From: a phage
Sequence record: PZ053912.1
Reading direction: 5' to 3' (one strand)
Length of the DNA: 64,000 bases
Below are positions 8,417-17,605 of this stretch, one piece after another. Position 1 is the stretch's first letter; the number at the start of each line of letters is the position of its first letter. The notes under the pieces were generated by a model, which was given only the letters and a program-made list of their open reading frames with translations, did not search any database and was not told where the DNA came from. Both the position numbers and the translations under genes were made by a program.

Positions 8417-9364
8417 TTATTCTGCAAATAATTCAGTAACGTCTGAAATTACTTCATAACGACAAGTACGCATCTTAGCATCACCATAGTCAACCGGGAT
8501 GGATACAACATCACGTGGATGAACTTTAACCTTAACAACTTTATCTGAGCTTGAACCAAAGTGGCGAATATAAGATTTAGCACAAACGTGGAGACCGCGA
8601 GAACAGGTTTGAGTATCATCGTCGTTAACTCGAGTACGAGGCATTGAAACAACTTTACCTGGGGAGTTGTCAAATGTACCACTATAGCAGTCTAAATAGT
8701 CCTTACGAACTACTTTCCACGCGTAGAAATGCCCATCTTCGGTGATTTCAATATCATTTGCAACCAAGAAGTCGAATAAACGTTGTACAGCTTTTTCACT
8801 CGGGTTTTCTAACAGGTTTTCAAGGAACGGCAGATAGAATTTAAAGTCTTCGCCTTTTTCCATGGAATCAATAATACGGTTAACCAGTCCTGAACGAATC
8901 TCTATACCTTGATAAAATAAACTACCACCTTCAATAACAACATTACCGTCAACAAACTTACTAATAGCTTTCTTGATGTTAATAAGTTCGACAGCTTTAC
9001 TAAGGTTTCCTGCGACCAGATTAGCTTTGATTTCTTCAAAATTTGCATGACTTGATGGAGTCGCATTGTATGCTACGCGTCCTTCAATAATTGAAATAAA
9101 TTTAGACGACGCGTTCCATACGATTTCAGGACGATGTCCGCCGATAATAGGTTCATCATTTTCTGGAACTTCTTCGATTACATAAGAGGCATCGTTTGCT
9201 TCAGGGACAATGCCTTCTGCTTTAAAATTCTTAACAATCTTACGAAGAGTATCTGTTGAAATGTCGAAGTAATCGGCAATTTCTTTACGAGTCCATTTGC
9301 CTGATTCAACCAGGCCATAAGCTTCTAACTGTTCTTCTTGGGACAAGCATTTAATATTGTACAT
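8417..9364 (-). CDS. rIIB: rIIB (lysis inhibition / Rex exclusion related membrane-associated protein)
   Basis: 315 aa; MYNIKCL.., GGSLFYQ, KFYLPFLENLLENPSEKAVQRLFDFLVANDIEITEDG, PRTRVNDDDTQTCSRGLHVC match T4 rIIB. Confidence 0.9.
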   Translation of the reverse strand: MYNIKCLSQEEQLEAYGLVESGKWTRKEIADYFDISTDTLRKIVKNFKAEGIVPEANDASYVIEEVPENDEPIIGGHRPEIVWNASSKFISIIEGRVAYNATPSSHANFEEIKANLVAGNLSKAVELINIKKAISKFVDGNVVIEGGSLFYQGIEIRSGLVNRIIDSMEKGEDFKFYLPFLENLLENPSEKAVQRLFDFLVANDIEITEDGHFYAWKVVRKDYLDCYSGTFDNSPGKVVSMPRTRVNDDDTQTCSRGLHVCAKSYIRHFGSSSDKVVKVKVHPRDVVSIPVDYGDAKMRTCRYEVISDVTELFAE

Positions 9365-9373
9365 AATGTTTCC

Positions 9374-11587
9374 TTATTTGGCCGCTTCCACGGCCTTCAT
9401 GAATTTAACGATTTGAGCGACCTGTTCTTTGGAAAGAGTACCACGTCGTCCCATGTATTCTGACACAATATGATAATTGGTTTCGAATTCAATAACCATT
9501 TTATCATCATTATCGTAAGCATTATCTTTAAGCTTATCGAAAATTTTAGCACACAATTCTAACTTCTTATTCAGGTCTGTATTAGTAGCACCTGCGAATC
9601 GATTCCATCCCCAACGATTATTTACTGTTGAGAGTTTTGCAAAGTCTTTACTGATTTCTTTGTTCTTAGAGCTAAAATACTTACTAAGGAAGTTAAGCTC
9701 TTCGTTACGAGTAATATGATTCAAATAAGGCTGTGCTCTACGACTTGGTGATACATACTCATCATAATCCACTTTATCAATTAGCGTAATATAGTCATTA
9801 ATTGATTTTTCGAACAAGCATTCTACTTCACCAAGTTTACGAACTTTCTTAGCAATCTGTGGACGAACTACAGTGAACTCTTTAATACCTGACAAATCAG
9901 CAATACGGGTCAAGAAATTGGAGTCATAGTTCAACCAACCTTTATCTGCGTCAAGACATTCAGCATTAGAACGATTACGAACTATAGCATAACCTTGGAT
10001 TTCATCTGCTTCACTCGCTGGAATAAAGAGATCTTCTGATACCCAAACGTCGTTTTCATTCTTAAAGAATCGATGAGCACTTGGCGATTTAGGACGAGGC
10101 TCATTAGTCCGTTTCCTGACTTCAATCCATGGCTTAACGATTTGTAAAAGCTCTGAAGTCTTGTACATGTTAATGTTGTCGCCATCAAAGATAACTTTAA
10201 GGCGTTCCAGAAGTTTCATTGCATCTTCGTCTGTAGGGTCAACGAATAGTACACTTTTACCAAAACCGCGTGGAACTTTACCAGTTAATTTAACCTCGTC
10301 TTTAGACATTTCAATTGAATTAAGAGCTCGCATTAATGGAACGCGTCCCTTAACGTCGTCAATAACGATTTCAACATTTTTAATGTTAATGCCAATCAGG
10401 CTGTTAATTGAAATGGTCGATGATGAGCTACCACTTTCACGAATACGACGAAGACGAGGGGATTCAACGATATCATATACGACGCCAAGATTACACCACT
10501 CAGGCCCCATTTTAAAACGTTTGTACAACTCAGAATAAGTTAGTTGTTCTTTAGAGTATTTCAGTGATTCAATATTAGACCCAGCCTTTTCCATGTATTT
10601 ACGAGCGGTATAACCAAGAGAATCAATTTCACGGAACACATGACGTGGGTATTTACAATCAATCCATTTCTTAGAATCTTCAGCGAACAATTTAGCATCG
10701 ATTTCTGCAACGCGTTTATGGATATTTGCTACTGTACGTTTATCAAATGACAATGCTTCACGAGACGGAGCTACGTCTAGTTCACCCATAGGGAATTTAA
10801 TATAAGCTGTGGTGCATCGAGTCATCATCCATGTTTGTTCTTTAATAACACTTCCGATTGGATATACAATACCACCGTAAACAGCCATGATATTACCGCG
10901 TTCACCCCATGGAGCTTCCTTGGCCAAATATACATCGTCAAATTCAGGGAAGTATTTAATATCTTTAACACCACGAACTTCTGCAATATCACCTAGAGGA
11001 CGCATAACATATGCAATTTCGGATGCAAACTTTTCAAAATCTTCCGGGTTAACCGGTACAACTACTTCTACACCCGTACGGTCATCAGGACCCATCTTAT
11101 CTACAAAGGTCGGCTTAATCTGTGGACCTGTGTCATCTTGGTAGATTACGTAACCATGAACTTCACCATTATGATAAGACGTAAGGTTAAACGTATCAGT
11201 ATATGCTAATGGAGCTTTAGAGCCGAGTCCGAATCCACCAATGAAATCGTTACTCGATGTTTTAGTTGAAGCAAAATATGAGTTATAAATTCCTGGCTCT
11301 TCGTCATTACCACGAATAGTGAAATCACTCATACCAGGTCCAAAATCACGAACTACAAAACGTGGGTCTAAACGACCTGGAGCCTGAACAATAAACTTAT
11401 CAGTGCAACCATTAAGAATTTGCCCATCAATACAGTTTGTGATTAATTCACGTACACAAGCCAATTCTTTGTTTGTATAAAGGTCATTAGACAAAATCTT
11501 ATAAACTTTGCTATTGCCTTGAATAGTAAATGCTGTGCTCTTACCGCCTGAACCAATAATCGTTTCTTTAGCCGTTTCAATAATCAT
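9374..11587 (-). CDS. rIIA: rIIA
   Basis: 737 aa (T4 725 aa); MIIETAKETIIGSGGKSTAF..KVYKILSNDLYTNK resembles T4 rIIA; directly upstream of rIIB. Confidence 0.9.
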   Translation of the reverse strand: MIIETAKETIIGSGGKSTAFTIQGNSKVYKILSNDLYTNKELACVRELITNCIDGQILNGCTDKFIVQAPGRLDPRFVVRDFGPGMSDFTIRGNDEEPGIYNSYFASTKTSSNDFIGGFGLGSKAPLAYTDTFNLTSYHNGEVHGYVIYQDDTGPQIKPTFVDKMGPDDRTGVEVVVPVNPEDFEKFASEIAYVMRPLGDIAEVRGVKDIKYFPEFDDVYLAKEAPWGERGNIMAVYGGIVYPIGSVIKEQTWMMTRCTTAYIKFPMGELDVAPSREALSFDKRTVANIHKRVAEIDAKLFAEDSKKWIDCKYPRHVFREIDSLGYTARKYMEKAGSNIESLKYSKEQLTYSELYKRFKMGPEWCNLGVVYDIVESPRLRRIRESGSSSSTISINSLIGINIKNVEIVIDDVKGRVPLMRALNSIEMSKDEVKLTGKVPRGFGKSVLFVDPTDEDAMKLLERLKVIFDGDNINMYKTSELLQIVKPWIEVRKRTNEPRPKSPSAHRFFKNENDVWVSEDLFIPASEADEIQGYAIVRNRSNAECLDADKGWLNYDSNFLTRIADLSGIKEFTVVRPQIAKKVRKLGEVECLFEKSINDYITLIDKVDYDEYVSPSRRAQPYLNHITRNEELNFLSKYFSSKNKEISKDFAKLSTVNNRWGWNRFAGATNTDLNKKLELCAKIFDKLKDNAYDNDDKMVIEFETNYHIVSEYMGRRGTLSKEQVAQIVKFMKAVEAAK

Positions 11588-11599
11588 ATTTTTCTCTCA

Positions 11600-11800
11600 T
11601 CACAAGTTACGTTTAAAAATTTCTGCTACTTCAAGAAGTTCTTCTTTAGTAGCTGTATCGGTTTGTATTTTATATCGAATTTCTTTAAAGCGTTCTTTAA
11701 AGGACTCTGCTGACTCGATATCAAAAAATCTTTGGATAAGCCGGAATTCCCGGAGTACAGCTTTATCAAAAAGTTCCAAGTCCACGTTATATGTTCTCAT
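11600..11800 (-). CDS. rIIA.1: hypothetical protein (rIIA.1 position)
   Basis: ORF track 66 aa, ATG start; synteny. Confidence 0.5.
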   Translation of the reverse strand: MRTYNVDLELFDKAVLREFRLIQRFFDIESAESFKERFKEIRYKIQTDTATKEELLEVAEIFKRNL

Positions 11801-11825
11801 AATATTCTCTTCAGTAGATTCCTAG

Positions 11826-11876
11826 GGCACTATTACTAAAGACCATATAATCTATCATCTTATGTGTAATAGTGCC
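11826..11876. repeat. 11-bp perfect inverted repeat (ggcactattac / gtaatagtgcc) with 29-nt loop
   Basis: Read from sequence; between glycosyltransferase candidate and rIIA.1. Confidence 0.6.
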
Positions 11877-11892
11877 TCAGGCTATTCAGGAT

Positions 11893-12993
11893 TTACGCTG
11901 TGAAGATTTTATCCCACATCGCAACAACTGCATCTCGGTTATACTTCTTCCATACTGCTTCAGCACGTTTAACTCGAGCTTCGTATGTGTCAGTGAATTC
12001 TAATACAGCTTTTGTGTAAAGCGCAACTACTTCTTTCTTAGGAGTAGAGGAATCAATTTCTACACGCACAGTATCTGGGTCGTATTCGAATGTCGCATGA
12101 GGATAATCCTTAAAAACTAACTGGATTACAGGGACACCTTTAGAGATAGCTTCAATAGAACTATTCTCTACTGTACCTGTGTCAGGACACGTATTAATAA
12201 GTGCTTTAGCTGTTTTAAGACGTTCCATGATTTCACTGTGTGGAGCATCAATAATAACAGGATATTTAGCTGGTGGTGCCCATTTGCTTGGACAGTATCC
12301 TACACCATTTTCGCCTAGTGCTTTAATCGCTTCAAGAGCAACATCAGTACGACGCATTTTAGTGTCATAACGTTGTGCACTAATAATCAGATCAGTCGCC
12401 GGAAGAACTTCAGGTTTCTCATTCAAACAAATAACCGGATAATCTTCGGCTTCAAACAATGGATTTGCTCGCCAATAATCATAATCAATTTTGTCAGTCA
12501 GAGCTGAAGTCATATGGCAATATTTACGTTCAAATTCACGGAAGGCTTTAGTAGGAGCATAACTCTTACCACCATTCTTATGAATTTGAATAGTCTGGTC
12601 CCAAATTTGAACAATGCCACGAGATACCGGTTCAAATGGTGTTGCCATAAAATTCTTATGAACTTTAGAGAGACCTGCGTCTTTAATTGCCTGAACGGTT
12701 AGTTTAGTCGGTTCCATAGTAACAACAAAATCGTATTCATGGATGCCGGCTAGTTCAACAATCTTACGAGCCATAGTATAACTCATACCTAGACTGAATT
12801 TAGTCAGATGACCAACAGGATGGTGTGTAACTTTCCAGTCACCAAACGTGTCATTATCAAAGCCGATATAATCAATATCAGCACCGATGGACACAAGATA
12901 TTTCAACACATTTAAATGTACTGCTTCAAGGCCACCTTGTACACGGTCGGGATTAAATGGGACTGCGCGAGATGGGATAAACATAACTTTCAT
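11893..12993 (-). CDS. putative GT-B fold glycosyltransferase (candidate hmC-DNA pentosyl/arabinosyltransferase)
   Basis: 366 aa; C-terminal VENSSIEAISKGVPVI resembles GT4/GT-B nucleotide-sugar binding motif (E..EA...G.PV); occupies the locus where T4 has gene 60; T4 a-gt and b-gt loci lack a glucosyltransferase here. Confidence 0.55.
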   Translation of the reverse strand: MKVMFIPSRAVPFNPDRVQGGLEAVHLNVLKYLVSIGADIDYIGFDNDTFGDWKVTHHPVGHLTKFSLGMSYTMARKIVELAGIHEYDFVVTMEPTKLTVQAIKDAGLSKVHKNFMATPFEPVSRGIVQIWDQTIQIHKNGGKSYAPTKAFREFERKYCHMTSALTDKIDYDYWRANPLFEAEDYPVICLNEKPEVLPATDLIISAQRYDTKMRRTDVALEAIKALGENGVGYCPSKWAPPAKYPVIIDAPHSEIMERLKTAKALINTCPDTGTVENSSIEAISKGVPVIQLVFKDYPHATFEYDPDTVRVEIDSSTPKKEVVALYTKAVLEFTDTYEARVKRAEAVWKKYNRDAVVAMWDKIFTA

Positions 12994-13009
12994 AATTAAG
13001 CCTTATTAA

Positions 13010-13036
13010 AATTAAAATGAAGCTCCCGAAGGAGCT
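13010..13036 (-). terminator. CUUCGG hairpin (agctcccgaaggagct) downstream of HNH gene
   Basis: Read from sequence. Confidence 0.45.
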
Positions 13037-13833
13037 TAGGACATCCAACACATTTTATAACCTTTGCAGGTTCTGTTAGGATTATTTAATGCTTTCAATA
13101 TATTAGAAGACCCTATATCTAAATACTCCCTTAATTCATAAAGATAGTTAAAATCAATAGTTTCACCTGTTTTTACACTTGTGATTCTTATAGGCCTTCT
13201 TTCATATTTAGATTTATACAACTCTCTAGTCTTAGCTTTAGTTTCTTCTGACCTAGGAGTGTATGGTTTAAATCCTTTTGTTTTAAATGTTTCCATTCTT
13301 GATTTAGTTATTTTATCCTGGTGTTCTTTTGTTTTTACAGGTGCTTTTCGCCCATTCTCCCAAGATAACTTGTTGGCCTGTATTATTTTATCTATTGCTT
13401 CTTGCGTATGAGTTTTACCATAAAATGGATTTAATTCGCCTATACGTTGTGAAGCAATATGTGACATTAATTCTCTTGTTGCTTTAGTATGTTTTTTACC
13501 TTTAAATGGGTTGCCATTTTTAGCAATCCATTCTTTCATAAATCTAGAGTGCTCTTTAGAGAATTCTTGTTTAAGCCAATCATAATCTCTAGAATTTCTA
13601 GCTCCCATGTAAAAAGCTCTAATAGCCATAAGCATAGAACGGTTCTTATGAATTTTATAAAGCAATAAATGGGCGATAAAATGCTCTCTAGGGGTCATTT
13701 TAACTAGATTTGATTTATCATTACTCCCACCCATAGATTTAGGCAAAATATGGTGAGTTTCAGTATAATTAGGAATAGTGCTGCGGTTTTTAGCCGCAGC
13801 GATAAGTTTATCATAAATTTTACGGTAATTCAT
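13036..13833 (-). CDS. free-standing HNH homing endonuclease with NUMOD3-like repeats (Mob-type)
   Basis: HHILPKSMGGSNDKSNLVKMTPREHFIAH HNH motif; repeated NPFKGKKHT / NPFYGKTHT motifs; ATG at 13833 overlapping gp39 stop (TAATG); track start 13848 is TTG. Confidence 0.8.
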   Translation of the reverse strand: MNYRKIYDKLIAAAKNRSTIPNYTETHHILPKSMGGSNDKSNLVKMTPREHFIAHLLLYKIHKNRSMLMAIRAFYMGARNSRDYDWLKQEFSKEHSRFMKEWIAKNGNPFKGKKHTKATRELMSHIASQRIGELNPFYGKTHTQEAIDKIIQANKLSWENGRKAPVKTKEHQDKITKSRMETFKTKGFKPYTPRSEETKAKTRELYKSKYERRPIRITSVKTGETIDFNYLYELREYLDIGSSNILKALNNPNRTCKGYKMCWMS

Positions 13834-15653
13834 TATCCTAGCATCCAATCTTTACGGAGTTCAGGGTCGTTACCCATGAGCATTTCAAATAGTTCTTTCC
13901 AATTTTCAGGAAGTTTAACTACGTCGTACACAGGGTTTTGAATCATTTCTTTATATTCATCCCGCTGAAGTGAGCCCAATCCCTTGATGTATCGAATACT
14001 ATGCTTAGGCAGTGTATCTTTAGCTTCTTCATACTCAGCTACAGTATAAAACCATTTTTGAGTTTTGCCAATTTGTGCAATAATTACAGGCGTTTTAACA
14101 AAGCGAATACGTCCTTGTTCAAACAATTCAGGCCAATTACTAAAGAAAGCAAGCAAAGCCGGATAGATACTTCCAAGACCGTCATGATCGGCATCGGTCA
14201 TAATTGCAATATTACGATAGTTCGTATTCTCTGCCTTTTCACCAAGAATAAGACCTGTGATAGCACAGATATCGAAGAGCTCTTTGTTCTTCATCATATC
14301 GGCATATGACATACCCCAGCTATTCATCACCTTACCACGTAATGGGAATCCGCCGTGTAGTTCACGGTCACGAACATCAATGAGATAACCAATTGCCGAA
14401 TCACCTTCTGTTAAAAACAATGTCGTATCTGCATCTTTACCACATTGGTTAGCTTTAATATGCTTATGAACCTTAGCTTTAGTTGCCTTTTTAGCTGCTT
14501 TAGTTTCTGCAGCCTTTTCTGCTGCCAATTTACGAGCTAATGCTGCTTCAACAATAGGCATAATCAAGGCTTCGTTTTTAAGAAGTGCCTGAGCAATTTT
14601 CTTAGCATCTAATTGGATATGATTACGAATATCACCATACGTTGACGTTAAACGTTCTTTAGTCTGAGAATCAAAACGCATGTTGCTCATGTCTCTAATA
14701 AACATCAACATTGTGAGACATTCTTTAACACGAGCTTTAGTGACTTCAATACCCTTATATTTCTTTTTAATACCGGGCAAAAGATGTTCGCAGATATCAT
14801 CCATTACACATTCAACATGATGACCACCATTTTTAGTATGGATGTTATTCACATAAGTTAAATGACGGAAGCCGTCTGGTGATGTTGTGAATGCTATAGA
14901 GACTTTATCATTTTCTTGAATGATGTTATCTTCGCCAAATTGTTTAGCAAATCGTTTAAAATTACCATCAACTTTTTTACCATTAAATGTGAACTTGATA
15001 TCAGGATAAACGACTGCCAATGTTTGAAGTCGGTCTAAAGTAATATCTAAATAAATTTGAGATAAATTATGCTCTTCAAATGAAGAGAAATCAGGAGTGA
15101 AGATTACTTTGGTGCCTTTACCTTTAGATTTCTTAGAAGACCATGATTTGTTTTCCATTCCGTTTGAACAGTTAACAGTGATTTCATTTTCGCCATCTGA
15201 CGTGATGCCTGTAAACAACGTAGAGAAGATATTAGTTAAACTACTCCCGACGCCGTTCATACCACCAGTCTTGCGTTCAGAGTCATCACCAAAATTACCA
15301 CCAGCCTTTGGAATAGTCCAGGCTGCTACAGGCCCAGGAATTTGTTCACCTGTTTGGTCGGTGACCATTGCTTGAGGAATACCACGTCCGTTATCTTCCA
15401 CCGAAACTTGATTATTTTTAATTTGCACATCAATTTTATTTGCAAACTTAAATGATGTACGAATAGCTTCATCAACCGAGTTGTCAATAATCTCATCGAT
15501 TAATTTAATCAGACCAGGAACATATTCAACTTGTTGATATTTACCAAACAAAAAACGCTCGTGGGCTTCTTTGGCCGAAGAACCAATATACATGCCACTG
15601 CGTTTCTTAATATGTTCTACATCTGACAATACCTTAATTTCATTTTTAATCAT
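13833..15653 (-). CDS. 39: DNA topoisomerase II large (ATPase, GyrB-like) subunit gp39, uninterrupted 606 aa form
   Basis: MIKNEIKVLSDVEHIKKRSGMYIGS..LIDEIIDNSVDEAIR GHKL ATPase; 606 aa equals T4 gp39+gp60 fused, so no separate gene 60. Confidence 0.9.
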   Translation of the reverse strand: MIKNEIKVLSDVEHIKKRSGMYIGSSAKEAHERFLFGKYQQVEYVPGLIKLIDEIIDNSVDEAIRTSFKFANKIDVQIKNNQVSVEDNGRGIPQAMVTDQTGEQIPGPVAAWTIPKAGGNFGDDSERKTGGMNGVGSSLTNIFSTLFTGITSDGENEITVNCSNGMENKSWSSKKSKGKGTKVIFTPDFSSFEEHNLSQIYLDITLDRLQTLAVVYPDIKFTFNGKKVDGNFKRFAKQFGEDNIIQENDKVSIAFTTSPDGFRHLTYVNNIHTKNGGHHVECVMDDICEHLLPGIKKKYKGIEVTKARVKECLTMLMFIRDMSNMRFDSQTKERLTSTYGDIRNHIQLDAKKIAQALLKNEALIMPIVEAALARKLAAEKAAETKAAKKATKAKVHKHIKANQCGKDADTTLFLTEGDSAIGYLIDVRDRELHGGFPLRGKVMNSWGMSYADMMKNKELFDICAITGLILGEKAENTNYRNIAIMTDADHDGLGSIYPALLAFFSNWPELFEQGRIRFVKTPVIIAQIGKTQKWFYTVAEYEEAKDTLPKHSIRYIKGLGSLQRDEYKEMIQNPVYDVVKLPENWKELFEMLMGNDPELRKDWMLG

Positions 15654-15693
15654 GTTGTCTCCTCGTTATGAAGGTATTCTATCATCCGAAATC

Positions 15694-15716
15694 TAAAGCA
15701 AAAAGGGCCGAAGCCC
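15694..15716 (-). terminator. CUUCGG hairpin (gggccgaagccc) plus U-run
   Basis: Read from sequence. Confidence 0.45.
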
Positions 15717-16142
15717 TTATTTAAATTTAATTTTCTGAAGTGCATCAATTGCAGCCAAACGCCCTTGTTCACTTTTAACTGTAATGACCACATCGCCTGA
15801 TACGATCACCGAACCATCAACAAATTCTATAGAGCCTTTTTTGAAATCGACAGCTGTATCTGGTTCCGGAACTTCTTCAAAAAATTTAAATTCTGCACCA
15901 TAAAGCAGAATATCACCTTGCATACTATGAATAGTTCGGCCATAATCGCCTACGGCTTCTACAGCAATCACCGAAACGCCGTAACCAATCATCTCTTCCG
16001 CAATAAAATCTTTGGACAATAAAGTAGTATGCAGATTAGTATTAAGACGTTTACCAGTCGTATTAAGAATTCTCAAGAAATTATCTTCCTGTCCTTTGAT
16101 AATACGATATTTCTTACCAACTTCAAAACCTTTAAAAGCCAT
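15717..16142 (-). CDS. hypothetical protein (141 aa; size and position compatible with T4 goF)
   Basis: ORF track, ATG start at 16142; immediately downstream of 39. Confidence 0.4.
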   Translation of the reverse strand: MAFKGFEVGKKYRIIKGQEDNFLRILNTTGKRLNTNLHTTLLSKDFIAEEMIGYGVSVIAVEAVGDYGRTIHSMQGDILLYGAEFKFFEEVPEPDTAVDFKKGSIEFVDGSVIVSGDVVITVKSEQGRLAAIDALQKIKFK

Positions 16143-16144
16143 AA

Positions 16145-16324
16145 TTAACCCTTCTTAAGTAAGTCGTAAAAACCGCCGTTCACATGTTTAGGAGCAGAAA
16201 CCCGACGAGTAGACAGACGATGACATTCAGGGCAAACATCGTTTTCTCGTTCAGAAATCCTTTTAATTTTTTCATATTCATGACCACAATCTTCAGATTG
16301 ACATTTATAGTCGTATAACGGCAT
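16145..16324 (-). CDS. small zinc-ribbon protein, FmdB-like (59 aa)
   Basis: Manual translation MPLYDYKCQSEDCGHEYEKIKRISERENDVCPECHRLSTRRVSAPKHVNGGFYDLLKKG; two CxxC-type pairs; AAGGA SD; absent from ORF track (<60 aa). Confidence 0.5.
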   Translation of the reverse strand: MPLYDYKCQSEDCGHEYEKIKRISERENDVCPECHRLSTRRVSAPKHVNGGFYDLLKKG

Positions 16325-16326
16325 TA

Positions 16327-16737
16327 TTATTCCTTAAAATGTGCTTTCAACATTTGATACAAAGACCATGCCTGGTCGTTATTTTCGATAGTAATCGTCA
16401 TCACCGGAAATTCAGACAATTCGTCAAGATCACCAGAATCTTGCTCTTCGGACGCTAGATATGGATTTTCAACTTCGTCAAAGAACTCTGCTTCATTCGT
16501 GGAGAGCCAGATAAAGTTTTCATCAAGGATATCACCGCCTGTTGCGTATCCAACCGTGCCAGTAGATGTCACAATTTTAGTAGGACGACCAAGATGGTCA
16601 ACATCTAATACTTTAAATGGTTCCATGCCAAGCCGTCGTGCATAAATCCCATTATCAGTGTGGTCTTTAATAAACTCTTCTTGGGCACGTTTATCTATAA
16701 ATTGGTACCATGAGTTAACGCGGAATTTATTAGCCAT
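16327..16737 (-). CDS. hypothetical acidic protein
   Basis: ORF track trimmed to ATG at 16737 (TAATG overlap with upstream gene). Confidence 0.45.
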   Translation of the reverse strand: MANKFRVNSWYQFIDKRAQEEFIKDHTDNGIYARRLGMEPFKVLDVDHLGRPTKIVTSTGTVGYATGGDILDENFIWLSTNEAEFFDEVENPYLASEEQDSGDLDELSEFPVMTITIENNDQAWSLYQMLKAHFKE

Positions 16738-16964
16738 TAGTAAGTTTCCTTCCAATAAGTTGTACCGTTTTCAGTGATTTCACGGAAGATACCATAGATA
16801 GGCATTTCATCGCCGAGTTTTTCGTAAACGTAAACCACTTCGGTGTAGCATAAAAATTCGGTCCAGTTTTTCTGTACAACAACTAAATCAGGATTAAACA
16901 GAACATCTTCAAACTCATCGATGTTTGAATCAGTAGTTACGTTTTTAATGATTTGACGTTTCAT
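16737..16964 (-). CDS. hypothetical protein (75 aa from ATG 16964)
   Basis: AGGAG SD before ATG at 16964; track N-terminal extension would run through the promoter. Confidence 0.45.
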   Translation of the reverse strand: MKRQIIKNVTTDSNIDEFEDVLFNPDLVVVQKNWTEFLCYTEVVYVYEKLGDEMPIYGIFREITENGTTYWKETY

Positions 16965-16993
16965 AATATTCTCCTCTTGTTTTGATAAGTCTA

Positions 16994-17018
16994 TAGTATC
17001 ATAGACCATAGTTGTTGT
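16994..17018 (-). promoter_or_regulatory. early promoter (TGTACA-N17-TACTAT)
   Basis: Read from sequence. Confidence 0.4.
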
Positions 17019-17021
17019 ACA

Positions 17022-17546
17022 TCATTTTAGCAAAATAAAATCAACTTGTTCTGCCAATGAACGTCTAAACATTAATTGACAACTTCCGAGGATGAAATCA
17101 GGTGCTTCATAGACCGCGATGTAGTATCCTTTAGCTTTCAAGAGTTCAACATCCACCTGGTCATCAAACCATGCATAAACCGCGCCAACGCTTTCAAATC
17201 CAAAATAGAACCCTTGAGCCCAATCTTCACTCAATTCAAATGTGTACTCAATTCTATGGTATCTTAAGATATTTTGTTCAAGAAGTTTGTCTTCATTTAC
17301 TGTAGGACGATTAGGGACATTATAGTTGTCGCCGTGATGGTAGAAGTTACCTGAGAGTATTCCATGCTTATCAAGGAACTCCCATGTTTCTTCAGAGTTG
17401 TCAGTGCCAGACCAACCGTAAGGTGAGCGAGGTTCTTTATTCCAAGAGGTTTCCCAAATTCTGACGGCTTTACCGTCTTTGATAGCAATTCCTGGTAATG
17501 ATTCACGTTGAGTACAAAAACTACGTTCTACGCGGTAAACTAACAT
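17022..17546 (-). CDS. hypothetical protein (174 aa)
   Basis: ORF track; ATG with AGGAG SD. Confidence 0.5.
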   Translation of the reverse strand: MLVYRVERSFCTQRESLPGIAIKDGKAVRIWETSWNKEPRSPYGWSGTDNSEETWEFLDKHGILSGNFYHHGDNYNVPNRPTVNEDKLLEQNILRYHRIEYTFELSEDWAQGFYFGFESVGAVYAWFDDQVDVELLKAKGYYIAVYEAPDFILGSCQLMFRRSLAEQVDFILLK

Positions 17547-17552
17547 ATTATT

Positions 17553-17601
17553 CTCCTCTGGTTGATATGGTTATAATATCAAAACCAGAGGAGAAGTAAA
17601 C
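17553..17601 (-). promoter_or_regulatory. early promoter (GTTTAC-N17-TATTAT) with -10 enclosed by perfect 11-bp inverted repeat ctcctctggtt / aaccagaggag
   Basis: Read from sequence. Confidence 0.5.
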
Positions 17602-17605
17602 AACT

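Noticed and set aside
9982-11144. Internal or opposite-strand ORFs within rIIA (9982..10188, 10161..10538, 10887..11144)
   Set aside because: Embedded in a conserved long gene; Ser/Thr/Leu-rich translations typical of AT-rich antisense frames.
13833-15653. Gene 60-type translational bypass (50-nt hop) or split topoisomerase
   Set aside because: gp39 reads through as one 606-aa ORF; no take-off/landing GGA pair with intervening stop is needed or visible.
16737-17009. Long N-terminal extensions given by the ORF track (for example 16737..17009, 18553..19089, 13036..13848)
   Set aside because: These begin at TTG/GTG upstream of, or inside, promoter elements; internal ATGs with Shine-Dalgarno sequences fit better, so starts were trimmed.
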